A stretch of DNA of 64,000 nucleotides. Source: Calditrichia bacterium. Its GTDB lineage: Bacteria; Calditrichota; Calditrichia; JAJRVZ01. Below are positions 53,424-62,665 of this stretch, one piece after another. Each line of letters opens with the position of its first letter. Positions within the stretch are counted from its first letter, which is position 1. The DNA is taken from contig CAVZSQ010000013.1 of the NCBI GenBank assembly GCA_963777955.1, positions 546,956 to 610,955 on the forward strand, written 5' to 3'. Below the pieces are notes generated by a model. That model saw only the letters and a list, made by a program, of their open reading frames with translations. It ran no database searches and was not told where the DNA came from. The position numbers were made by a program, and so were the translations under genes.

Positions 53424-55270
53424 TCTGCCGCCCGCTTTTTAACAAAAAAATCACCCATGGCCAGGAAATTAATTTCTGTGGACAGGAAACATTGCAGAGC
53501 ATCGTCCGGGGTACAGACAATGGGTTCGTTTTTCACATTGAAAGAAGTGTTCAGAACCACCGGAACTCCGGTTGACTTCCCAAATTCCGACAGCAGTTCC
53601 CAGAAACGCGGATTAGACTCTTTCGATACCGTTTGCACTCTCGCTGATCCGTCGACATGCGTCACAGCCGGAATGACTGCCCGTTGCTCATCCCTGACCG
53701 GAACAGCAAAGAGCATGAACGGAGATTTGTGCATTCCCGTAAGGTCAAAAAAAATCCTGCTGCACTCCTCCAGCACTGCCGGAGCGAAGGGCCGGAATGA
53801 TTCCCTGTTTTTCACCCTGGCATTGATCTTTTCCTTCATATCCGGGTCACGCGGATCTGCCAGTATGCTCCTGTTCCCGAGTGCCCTTGGACCGAATTCC
53901 ATTCGACCCTGAAACCAGCCGATCACATTTCCTGCAGCTAATTCTTTGGCTACTTTCACAGCGATACGATCTTCCCGTTCCCAGCACACATGATCCTGAA
54001 ATCGTATTAGGGCTGACAGGATCTCCTGCTCATTATATTCAGGTCCGAAGTAAACATGATCCCAGCTGGAACCATTCCTTGGTTCTTTTCCCTCAACCTG
54101 AGAATAGACATAGAGGGCTGCGCCTACACTGCAACCCTCGTCGTTTGCTGCAGGTTGGACGAATATATTGTCAAAGAGTCCGGATCGTGCAATGGCACCA
54201 TTGAGCGTGCAGTTCAAGGCAACCCCTCCTGCCATGCAGAGGTTTGAAAGGCCCGTTTGATTACGGGCATGTCTCAGTAAATGCAACACTGCTCTGTGGA
54301 GTGATTCCTGTAGCGCAGCTGCCACGTCGGCATGTCGTTGTTCCACAGGTGTCCCAGCTGACCTCGCGGGACCTAGCCTTTTACAAAGAAAATCTTTGAG
54401 TTGAGATGTGGCCAGCAAGGGGGTGGAATACTTTCCATCGCTTTCCAGAACGACAAGCGATTCGAAAACATCCCGGAACCGAGCTGGATTTCCATAGGAA
54501 GCCAGCCCCATAACCTTGTACTCGTCTCCCAGGCTTTTAAATCCCAGATAAACAGTGATTATCAGGTAAAGTGCTCCGAGAGAGACAGGAAGCAGTGTAC
54601 GTTCAATTTCCGTGATTGAATCCCCCTGCCCTATTGCCAGTAATGAGCTTTCCAACTCACCTGTCCCGTCAATGGTCAGTATCAAGGCTTCTTCCAGACC
54701 TGATGGGAAAAAGGCACTCGCAGCATGGGCCTCATGGTGTCGCACAGGGACAAATCTGTTCGGTTTCTTCCCTACCAGGCGTTCGAACTGATGGTAAACC
54801 ACTCCGGGTTCCATCATCATTGAAAAAACCCTGCTGTATGAGTCATCGACACTTGCCGCATCCTCAGGCGAAAGATATGGGCGCAGTAGTGCCAGACGCT
54901 TCTCAACGATCGGCAACCGGAAATCACAATAGTGTGCTACAATATCGACTTCGTCGATAGAGACGTTGGCTTTCTCGAGACAATAATGGATGGCGTTCCC
55001 GGGGAGAAGAGTATTACCGGCTAGATTGAGTGAGTACTTTACCCGTATGAATCTTTCCTCGGCAGCACAGGCGATGACTTTCCCATCCCGGACGATCGCC
55101 GCCGAGGCGTCATGCCCGAAATAACCGAGAGGAAACATAGATAAAGGGACTTCCCCCTCCCGGAAACTGAAAATGTTTTCGAATCCCTGGTGTGTCTTTG
55201 CCAGTGGACTCCTCATTCCGGGACAGAGACGTGAGTCTCGTGAAAATCCGCTGTAGCCCAGCGTATACAT
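53420..55270 (-). CDS. CmcH/NodU-family carbamoyltransferase
   Basis: GHDASAA, EERF, HHEAHAASAF, DGTGE, EYKVMGLA, GRMEFGPRALGNRS, FRPFAP, NTSFN. Confidence 0.95.
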   Translation of the reverse strand: MYTLGYSGFSRDSRLCPGMRSPLAKTHQGFENIFSFREGEVPLSMFPLGYFGHDASAAIVRDGKVIACAAEERFIRVKYSLNLAGNTLLPGNAIHYCLEKANVSIDEVDIVAHYCDFRLPIVEKRLALLRPYLSPEDAASVDDSYSRVFSMMMEPGVVYHQFERLVGKKPNRFVPVRHHEAHAASAFFPSGLEEALILTIDGTGELESSLLAIGQGDSITEIERTLLPVSLGALYLIITVYLGFKSLGDEYKVMGLASYGNPARFRDVFESLVVLESDGKYSTPLLATSQLKDFLCKRLGPARSAGTPVEQRHADVAAALQESLHRAVLHLLRHARNQTGLSNLCMAGGVALNCTLNGAIARSGLFDNIFVQPAANDEGCSVGAALYVYSQVEGKEPRNGSSWDHVYFGPEYNEQEILSALIRFQDHVCWEREDRIAVKVAKELAAGNVIGWFQGRMEFGPRALGNRSILADPRDPDMKEKINARVKNRESFRPFAPAVLEECSRIFFDLTGMHKSPFMLFAVPVRDEQRAVIPAVTHVDGSARVQTVSKESNPRFWELLSEFGKSTGVPVVLNTSFNVKNEPIVCTPDDALQCFLSTEINFLAMGDFFVKKRAAE

Positions 55271-55276
55271 TGAGCA

Positions 55277-56251
55277 CTACCCTTCTTGCTTAATCCTGCG
55301 CATCACAACGAAGTACCGTTCCGGTTTCAAAAGTAAATCCAGAGCAATAAGCTGCTCTGTGCGTGTCAGTTTATTGTATCTCCTGTAGAGTTCAGCCGAT
55401 TCGAAGTAGGTGGAGACATCCTCTTTGATACCGAGTAGTTGATTAAGTTCAAGACCTGCCGCACCGCCCAGTGCAATCAGATCCTTGATATTCAGCAGAG
55501 ATTCATGCGGGTTCAGAAACTGATCTGCAATCCAGATGGGATCTTCAAGAGTCTTCCGGGACACTGGATCCTCCCGGGCGTTTCCCAGCAGATCATCCAG
55601 CGGAGATCCATGATCCGTGGTGAAGGCATATGTTCTGGCAAGACTCACTGGATCAGTTGGCCGTGGTGGTACGTCCAGGAGCATGCGCAGCAGTTCAACA
55701 TTCAATGAGTGCCTGTATCTTCCATGCTGTCCGTACACCCAGAGATACAAATCCCCGTCGGCTCTCAGAGCTGCGGAGAGATTGGCCAGCACACGCGCCA
55801 TATCGGCCGTATGGTGTAACACACCCAGACAGAGAATAATGTCAAATGGCGTTTTATATGGAATCGGATACATCACATTCCATTTGCGGAACCCGAGATT
55901 TTGTATACCTGCGCGACAGGCAACCTGCCTTCCCTCTGCCAGAGACGGTCCCGAGTTGTCTATTCCCTTAAAGTCGACATCCCTGAACCGATGGGCCAGG
56001 GCGATCGAGGTATTTCCCGTACCACACCCGGCATCCAGAACTCGCAGGCGCCTTATACCGTTTTCCTTCAGGTGTGCCTCTATGCTTCGGGTAAATTTGC
56101 GCATGAAAATCAGACCATCCTGATCAATAGGCCTACGGCCAGGGAAATGAAACTGTTCATAGAACTTGCCTATCTGCCGGGTCACATTCCGCTCATGGGC
56201 GGTCATCGACGGATTCTGCTGCCTGGCTTTTCCAGTTTTCCTGTCAGACAT
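55277..56251 (-). CDS. Class I SAM-dependent methyltransferase
   Basis: VLDAGCGTG, FDIILCLGVLHH. Confidence 0.9.
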   Translation of the reverse strand: MSDRKTGKARQQNPSMTAHERNVTRQIGKFYEQFHFPGRRPIDQDGLIFMRKFTRSIEAHLKENGIRRLRVLDAGCGTGNTSIALAHRFRDVDFKGIDNSGPSLAEGRQVACRAGIQNLGFRKWNVMYPIPYKTPFDIILCLGVLHHTADMARVLANLSAALRADGDLYLWVYGQHGRYRHSLNVELLRMLLDVPPRPTDPVSLARTYAFTTDHGSPLDDLLGNAREDPVSRKTLEDPIWIADQFLNPHESLLNIKDLIALGGAAGLELNQLLGIKEDVSTYFESAELYRRYNKLTRTEQLIALDLLLKPERYFVVMRRIKQEG

Positions 56252-57764
56252 AAAATTCACTCTTCTTTGAGAAATGGTCTGCAATGACGAAATACCTTTT
56301 CAGAATCCGCTTCACCGTCTCATCTTCGAGATCATCGAGACGTGCCCTCGAACTGACGACATAGGCCATGAAGAACCCATCGATTTCCCGTTGTGTGAAA
56401 TAGCCTGGCAGTATTTTCAATGCGTTCTCGATTCTCCATCGCGAAAACGCGAATTCCCGGATCGCCTTCTTCTTCAGATCCACGAGTCTTTCCAGACTAA
56501 ACGCATAGGGACCTGCTCCGACATTCACGTAATCCCGTTGAATATTGTATCCAGCATCAGTGAAACACCCCTCGGCCTGAGCAAGCCTGTACAGCTCGGT
56601 TCCGGGAAAGTAGACCACCGTGAAGAACGTGGCACCGCAGAGTGAGGATGCCTTAGCGTACTCAATCGTCAGGATGACTTCTTCCTCGGTCTCGCTGGGG
56701 AATCCTATCATGAAGAAACCCCGGGTAACTATTCCCGCTTTCGCCGTATACTCAATCGCTTTGAAAACCTTGTCAAGATCCAGGTTTTTCCTGATCATCT
56801 TCTGCAGTCGGGATGAAGCAGTCTCTACAGCATAGGAAATGAACTTTGTACCGGCGGCAGCCATCTTGTCAATTAAATCTTCGTCGATACGGTCCCCGCG
56901 GATAGCGTTGGGGAAAGATAATGTTAATTTCATACCGCTTTTAATAATCAGATCACAGATTCTCTTGGCCCGCCCGATATCCAGGTTAAATACATCATCA
57001 ATAATTTGGAAGTCTGTGACACCATACGTGTCGTGAAGATAACCGATCTCTGCAAGAACGTTTTCCGGTGATCGGGTTCTGAACCTCTTTCCCAGAATGT
57101 CATGACAGTATGCACACCGATAGGGGCATCCTCTCGTGGTCATGATATTGGCGTGAGGTTTCGAAATCTTCGAAGTGAAGGTGAGAAATTGATTCGAAAA
57201 TCTCTCAAGATCGATCAGCGAATAGTCGGGGAAAGGAAGAGAGTCGAGGTCCACGATAAGGGGTCTGGATGCTGCTTTCATGATATTATCCCCGTCCCGG
57301 CAGGCGACACCCGGGATATCAGTAATCGGTGTCTGATCCATCAGATGCGCCACTATTTCGGTCATTGTCATTTCCCCTTCGCCAATTACGACACAATCGA
57401 CAGACGTGCTACGTAATGCGTCAACCGGATCGTCCGAAGGGTAGGGTCCACCGGCGACAACGAAGCACTCTGCGTTCCACCGTTTCACTGTATCGGCAAC
57501 AATCGCCAGTGAATCTTTGCCTATTGAGAGACACCGGATGCCAACGAGATCTGGATGAAATTCGTTAAGTTGTTCAAGTAAAGATTCCCGCTCGATTTCA
57601 GGTTGATTGGGTTTTGAGATGAGTGTCCAGATCTTAATCTGCACACTTTTTTCGAATTTGCTTTTTAGTACAGTGGCCAGGTACATGAGACCGAGCGAAT
57701 GCTCAGCGGACGGCCAGGCTTCTTCAAGAGAGGTGCGCAGGATATCGATCAGTAAAACTTTCAT
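56244..57764 (-). CDS. Cobalamin-binding radical SAM protein (class B methyltransferase-like)
   Basis: SLGLMYLA, VAGGPYPS, IGEGE, TTRGCPYRCAYC, GFFMIGFPSET. Confidence 0.92.
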   Translation of the reverse strand: MKVLLIDILRTSLEEAWPSAEHSLGLMYLATVLKSKFEKSVQIKIWTLISKPNQPEIERESLLEQLNEFHPDLVGIRCLSIGKDSLAIVADTVKRWNAECFVVAGGPYPSDDPVDALRSTSVDCVVIGEGEMTMTEIVAHLMDQTPITDIPGVACRDGDNIMKAASRPLIVDLDSLPFPDYSLIDLERFSNQFLTFTSKISKPHANIMTTRGCPYRCAYCHDILGKRFRTRSPENVLAEIGYLHDTYGVTDFQIIDDVFNLDIGRAKRICDLIIKSGMKLTLSFPNAIRGDRIDEDLIDKMAAAGTKFISYAVETASSRLQKMIRKNLDLDKVFKAIEYTAKAGIVTRGFFMIGFPSETEEEVILTIEYAKASSLCGATFFTVVYFPGTELYRLAQAEGCFTDAGYNIQRDYVNVGAGPYAFSLERLVDLKKKAIREFAFSRWRIENALKILPGYFTQREIDGFFMAYVVSSRARLDDLEDETVKRILKRYFVIADHFSKKSEFYV

Positions 57765-58789
57765 AAAACTCTCACCCATGGGGGGATTTCCGACACTTCA
57801 TCCTGGGCCACCCGAAATACAAGTGCCCCATCGTCATCAGCTGTTCCCCATATCTGTAATCCCACAATCTGATAGAGGGCCCGCATCATTTTATTCCTAC
57901 CTGTGTCACGATAAATTGCCTCGACATGTGTGAATCCCCGGGCGATTGTTTCACGGAGGAGAAACACGAGAAAAGCTCGTTCTATGCCGCGGCCGAGGAC
58001 TCTGCATGAAACCGCCAGGTATTTCAGCCTCCAGGTCATGGCACTTTTCTCCATTATTGCAGTGCCAACGATACCGTAGGACCCGAACCTGTCATCCAGT
58101 TCCGCGACAGTGATTGTCACCGAATCCGATCTTTGCTGAAGAAGGGCCGACAACTCATTCCCGTTGAGCAGCCATCCCGTTGTATTAAGTTGGTGGGTGC
58201 GGGTCATCAGCTCAACCACTCTGGGAATATTTTCTTCCTGCATGGGGTGGATTTTCAACTTCATGGCGCAGGACATAAGAAAATCTTCGCGTGTCGAAAA
58301 AGCATTTTCGGCTTCCCGCCGCTGGAATTCCGCCTTATAGAATTGACGCCTCGCAGCCGCTTCGGGCGTGACGTGATCCGGTGTAAAATCGGACATCAGG
58401 GGAAGGAGCGGTATATTCTGTGCATTGATAGTCAAAACATCCGGGAGCATAAATGCAACCTGTTCGCACTCGAATGGATCGTCATCAACAAAGACAACTG
58501 AGTCCAGGGAGATCTGGAGTTCTTTGGATATTTGAATGATGTTTTGTGATTTCGGCAGCCAGTTGATCTTGGGAACGAGAAAAAGCCCTTCAATTTTCCG
58601 GTCTTTAAGGACTTTCATTGCCAGATCTTCGTCGCCACGACTCGCGATGGAATGAAGGATCCCGCGGCGATCGAGTTCCTGGATGGTCCGGATGACTTCT
58701 TCACGCACCTGAACAACCCCTTCCAGAGTGACGCCGTCCCAGAGTGTATTATCAAGATCCCAGACGATGCATTTCTTCACTGCTGTCAT
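57761..58789 (-). CDS. fkbH: FkbH-like HAD-IIIC glyceryl transferase/phosphatase
   Basis: KCIVWDLDNTLWDG, VFVDDDPFE, RTHQLNTTG, DRFGSYG, SCRVLGRG. Confidence 0.92.
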   Translation of the reverse strand: MTAVKKCIVWDLDNTLWDGVTLEGVVQVREEVIRTIQELDRRGILHSIASRGDEDLAMKVLKDRKIEGLFLVPKINWLPKSQNIIQISKELQISLDSVVFVDDDPFECEQVAFMLPDVLTINAQNIPLLPLMSDFTPDHVTPEAAARRQFYKAEFQRREAENAFSTREDFLMSCAMKLKIHPMQEENIPRVVELMTRTHQLNTTGWLLNGNELSALLQQRSDSVTITVAELDDRFGSYGIVGTAIMEKSAMTWRLKYLAVSCRVLGRGIERAFLVFLLRETIARGFTHVEAIYRDTGRNKMMRALYQIVGLQIWGTADDDGALVFRVAQDEVSEIPPWVRVL

Positions 58790-59072
58790 AGCTTTTCTCC
58801 ATTGGAACAGGGTTCGTTCGAATCTGTTGTTTTGACCTTATGTATTCCGCGATCGACGCGATAGATACGAAATGCACCGGTATAAGATCTTCGTCCGGAA
58901 TCTCCAGGTTGAATTTCCGCTCAATGAAGCCAACAAAAGAAATAAGCCCCGCAGAATCGAGTATGCCGGACTCAAAAAGGTTTTTGGTATCTGCGAATTC
59001 TATAGCTGAGCCTCGAGGAAGGCACTGCTCGTGAATATAGGCCCAGAGTACAGTTTCGATTTCTCTATTCAT
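58752..59072 (-). CDS. Acyl carrier protein
   Basis: LFESGILDSAGL phosphopantetheine motif; EIPDEDL. Confidence 0.9.
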   Translation of the reverse strand: MNREIETVLWAYIHEQCLPRGSAIEFADTKNLFESGILDSAGLISFVGFIERKFNLEIPDEDLIPVHFVSIASIAEYIRSKQQIRTNPVPMEKSYDSSEEMHRLGS

Positions 59073-59142
59073 GTTTTTTCGTGATATCCTTTCGTTTCCG
59101 GTATTTCTTTCCTCCCAAATGTGAGTATTTTCCCCAACTCGT

Positions 59143-59186
59143 TTGTCATAAAACTGTCATAAAGGTGTATAATTTCAGTCATAAAA
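59143..59186 (+). promoter_or_regulatory. Pho-box-like direct repeats with 11-bp periodicity
   Basis: TTGTCATAAAA/CTGTCATAAAG/GTGTATAATTT/CAGTCATAAAA. Confidence 0.55.
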
Positions 59187-59511
59187 CATCACGAATGGTC
59201 CATTTATGAAGATGCAGAACTTTAGATTTGTACTTCGATAATAGTTCTAAAAATATAGAAGATGAATGGATACCAGCAGTATACTTAATGTTTGAAGGCA
59301 AAATTAGAGTAAAACTATTGCTGCATGTAAAATGCTGGATTAACAGTTATAATTTACCATACAAATAAGTGAAGGCAACAAAAATCTAATGGAATGCTTT
59401 ATGACTAACAACATATACATACTAAGGGAGTGCCTGAACTTTTAATTCACGTTGACAGGTGATGTAAGTTTAAAAGGGAGTTAGTAAGATTAACTACAAC
59501 GTGATCCTGAA

Positions 59512-59545
59512 ATAAAAAACCTACTGTTATTTATAACAGTGGGTT
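59512..59545 (-). terminator. Intrinsic terminator immediately 3' (minus strand) of repeat R5
   Basis: AACCTACTGTTAT-TT-ATAACAGTGGGTT hairpin with an adjacent A-run (T-tract on minus). Confidence 0.65.
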
Positions 59546-59548
59546 AAT

Positions 59549-59593
59549 GCGGGGCGGATGGGGTCCCACAGAACCCTGATGATTGTCACATTC
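59549..59593 (-). repeat. att-like repeat copy R5, abutting the kinase stop codon
   Basis: Plus strand GCGGGGCGGATGGGGTCCCACAGAACCCTGATGATTGTCACATTC. Confidence 0.85.
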
Positions 59594-62191
59594 ACTCTGT
59601 CTTCGCCAGAAAGGCCTGAAATCGAGGGAGATCTCTGAGAGGATCGTAGATGGGATCAAGGCGAAGAAGAGATGGGGTAATGTATTTCGGAGCATGAAGC
59701 GACAGGAGGTATTCCAGTTTGTCAAGGGCAGCATCGTACATGCCCACCATGATGTAGACCTGAGCCAGGGCGATGATTGGAAATATACCTGTAACCGCAT
59801 CGTTGGAAATCGACATGAGTTCTGTTGTACGTTCTGCCTCCTGGACGGCTTCCCTTTTTTGCCCGAGACCGGCAAGGGTAATCCCCAGAGATATATGAAG
59901 CCGATAGTCATCGGGTCTTTTGGTGATTTCGGATTCCAGGAAAACACGGGCGGTGTCGAACGATGCACGGGATCGTGCTGTATCACCCATGAAATAATAG
60001 ATTATTCCTCGCAGTTGAGCGACGGGAGCAATTTCATGCTGTCCAATGAACAGTTGCTCAGGTGCTTTCGCCAGATGGTCGAGTGCTGCCCGGTAATTCC
60101 GTTCATAGACATCCAAGTTCAACAAAGCTTTTCCAGGGGTAGTAGGCTGTTGGCACGAGATCCAGAATGCTTCGACTCTTCTTTGTGTCACCGTGCCAAC
60201 GGAGGTACATGTTGGACTTCATGATATAGGTGTGGCTCTCATCAGGATGGAGGGAGATGGCGCGGTCAAAATAGATTTCAGCTTCAGGATAGTTGCCAAG
60301 TTGATAGAGTGTATTGCCGATCTCACTTGCCTGGCCGTAAGATTTGGGATCAAGTTTTAAAGCCTTCTTAAGCCCTGCGACTGCTTCCTCAAACTTTCCT
60401 TGCCGCCGCCGGATATAGGCCAGAGTGGAATAGACCCTGCTGTCGTTCGGGACCATTCTCTTCCACCCTCTTGAGTGTTTCCAGTGCCCTTTCGTAATCT
60501 CTGTAGCCCCAATAATAGTACATGCTAAGTACACCGTAGGCTTCCGGCAGGTCAGGTTGAAGGGCAAAGGCTTTGTCGAGTGCTTGCTTGGCTGCAGCCA
60601 ACCGTTCCTGGGTGCGGTCAGATCCTTCCCAGTAGTACAGGAGATGAGCAGCTGAAAGTTTGCAATAGGCCAGGGCAAACGTTGTGTCAAGCGTAACGGC
60701 TCGCTCGAACATCTCTATCGCCATTCTGGTATTGTTCTTTTCGTACCCGGGTCCCGACGATATACCCCTGAGGAACGCTTGATAGGCCTCAATGTTTTTG
60801 GTTGGAATAGCGGTAATGGTTCCTTGTTCATCTTCCCTTAGGACAACGCCGAGAGCATGCACCACCTGTGTGGCAATTTCTGTCTGGATACGGAAAATAT
60901 CATCGAGGGTTCGATCCATGTTGTCCGCCCAGAGGTGCACATCGCCTGAGACCTTGATAAGCTGGGGAGTGATCCGGATCCTCTCGATGCCTCCAGTCTT
61001 CATCCATCGAATCGTTCCCTCCAGGATATAATCTACGCCGAGTTCTTTCGCAACAACAGGGAGTGTTTTTGAAGTCTTCTTATACTGAATGGAGCTGGTT
61101 CGTGAGATCACACCGAGTTTGCTGATCGAACTAAGCCGTGATATGATTTCCTCGGTAAGCCCGTCAGCGAAGTATTCATCTTCGGCGGGACCGAGATTCT
61201 CGAAGGGAAGGACCGCAATCATCATCAATTGGGAGGTCGGTTTTTCCTCATGCGGTACCAGGAAATAGACCATGAGAATAAGACCGATCAAGCCGGCAAA
61301 AGCTCCGTACCAAAAGAGCCTTCTCCTTTTTCGGATTGGTGACACCGAAGGTTGAATCTGTACACCAGTCTGTGCAGTACTTTTCAAACATGATCGCAAA
61401 TCAACCAGGAGCTCATCCATGTGCTGGTACCGTTCAAACGGATCCTTGGAAAGGCATTTCTGTACAATCCGTTCTAATTCCAGCGGGACATCTGTCCGCA
61501 TTGCTGTCACAGGAACAGGGATTTCATTTATAATTGAATAAATCACCGCCTGTTCATACTCGCCTTTAAATGGCAATTTACCAGTCAGCATCTCATAGAG
61601 AACTACTCCCAGGGACCAGATATCTGTCCTTTGATCAACTTCCTCGCCGCGAGCCTGTTGCGGAGACATGTAGGCAATTGTTCCCAATGTTTTTCCATCA
61701 ACTGTCAACCTGGCTTGACCAGTTAATCTGGCCAATCCGAAATCGACGATTTTTACCTCTCCTCGCTCTGTGATCATGATGTTGGCCGGTTTAATATCAC
61801 GATGAATCTCTGCTGCTTCATGTGCTACCGCTAATCCCTGTGCAATCTGTATGGTGAAATCGATGGCCTGGTCAATTTTTAAAGGACCTTGTTCAATCTT
61901 TTTCTTCAGCGTTTCGCCGTTATAGAAATCCATACAGATATACATTTGTCCATCAGCGGTCTCATCAATCTCATGGATCGTACAGATATTGGTGTGTTGC
62001 AGAATAGATGCCGCCTGGGCTTCGCGGACAAAACGTGTTTTTGCATCGGTATCGCGGGTTAATTCGGGGGGTAGGAATTTGAGTGCAACGGTGCGTTTGA
62101 GTTTGGTATCCTCGGCTTTGTAGACGATCCCCATGCCTCCGGCACCGAGTTGTTCGAGGATCTTATAATGGGATATGGTTTTACCGATCAT
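59592..62191 (-). CDS. Hanks-type Ser/Thr protein kinase with transmembrane helix, TolB-like domain and TPR repeats; two frameshifts (~60455, ~60135)
   Basis: LGAGGMGIVY, VALK, HRDIKPAN, DFG, IAVLPFENLG, TPRs. Three ORF pieces form one protein. Confidence 0.9.
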
Positions 62192-62572
62192 AGAAATTAA
62201 TACCTTTCCGCAGGATCAGTAATAATACAAAAATCGAGTGGGGTATATACTTCATGAACATACATACTATTTTTTTCCTAATGAATCGATATTAAATAGA
62301 TTAAAATGTTGATTTCTATAAACTATAAAAAATCCCGATAAAGGAAATACTCCCTCGAAAGAATATCCACATTCCAACGTCCTTGATTATCAGTTGATTT
62401 TTAAAAAGTTATCTTTTCGTGAACTGTGAATTAGTTCAAATATATTGCTATCTCTTATAATGTTAATTAATATAGCAAGTCTTTCTATCTATTCTTTCTT
62501 TTGAATCTAAATCAGACACATACGAGTCAGGCATCCTATATACTTGATTGAAAAACTAAAGGTACTTGAACA

Positions 62573-62659
62573 GTTGGTAAAACCATTTCCCACTACAAAA
62601 TTCTCGAAAAGCTCGGCGAAGGCGGTATGGGGGTAGTCTACGAGACACAATTCAGCTAG
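62573..62659 (+). pseudogene. Remnant of a second Ser/Thr kinase N-terminus
   Basis: Reads VGKTISHYKILEKLGEGGMGVVYETQFS*; the preceding codon is ACA, so there is no start. Confidence 0.8.
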
Positions 62660-62665
62660 GAATTA

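Noticed and set aside
59073..59545. RiPP precursor peptide for the radical SAM enzymes
   Set aside because: Only very short ORFs were noticed, and the ACP/FkbH pair points to a carrier-protein pathway.
12685..59593. Repeats as a CRISPR array or as intact tRNA genes (the plus strand GCGGGGTGGA also matches the initiator tRNA 5' end)
   Set aside because: Spacing is 1.3-28 kb and there are no cas genes. No cloverleaf or TTCGA loop is present, and the initiator-tRNA match stops after 10 nt.
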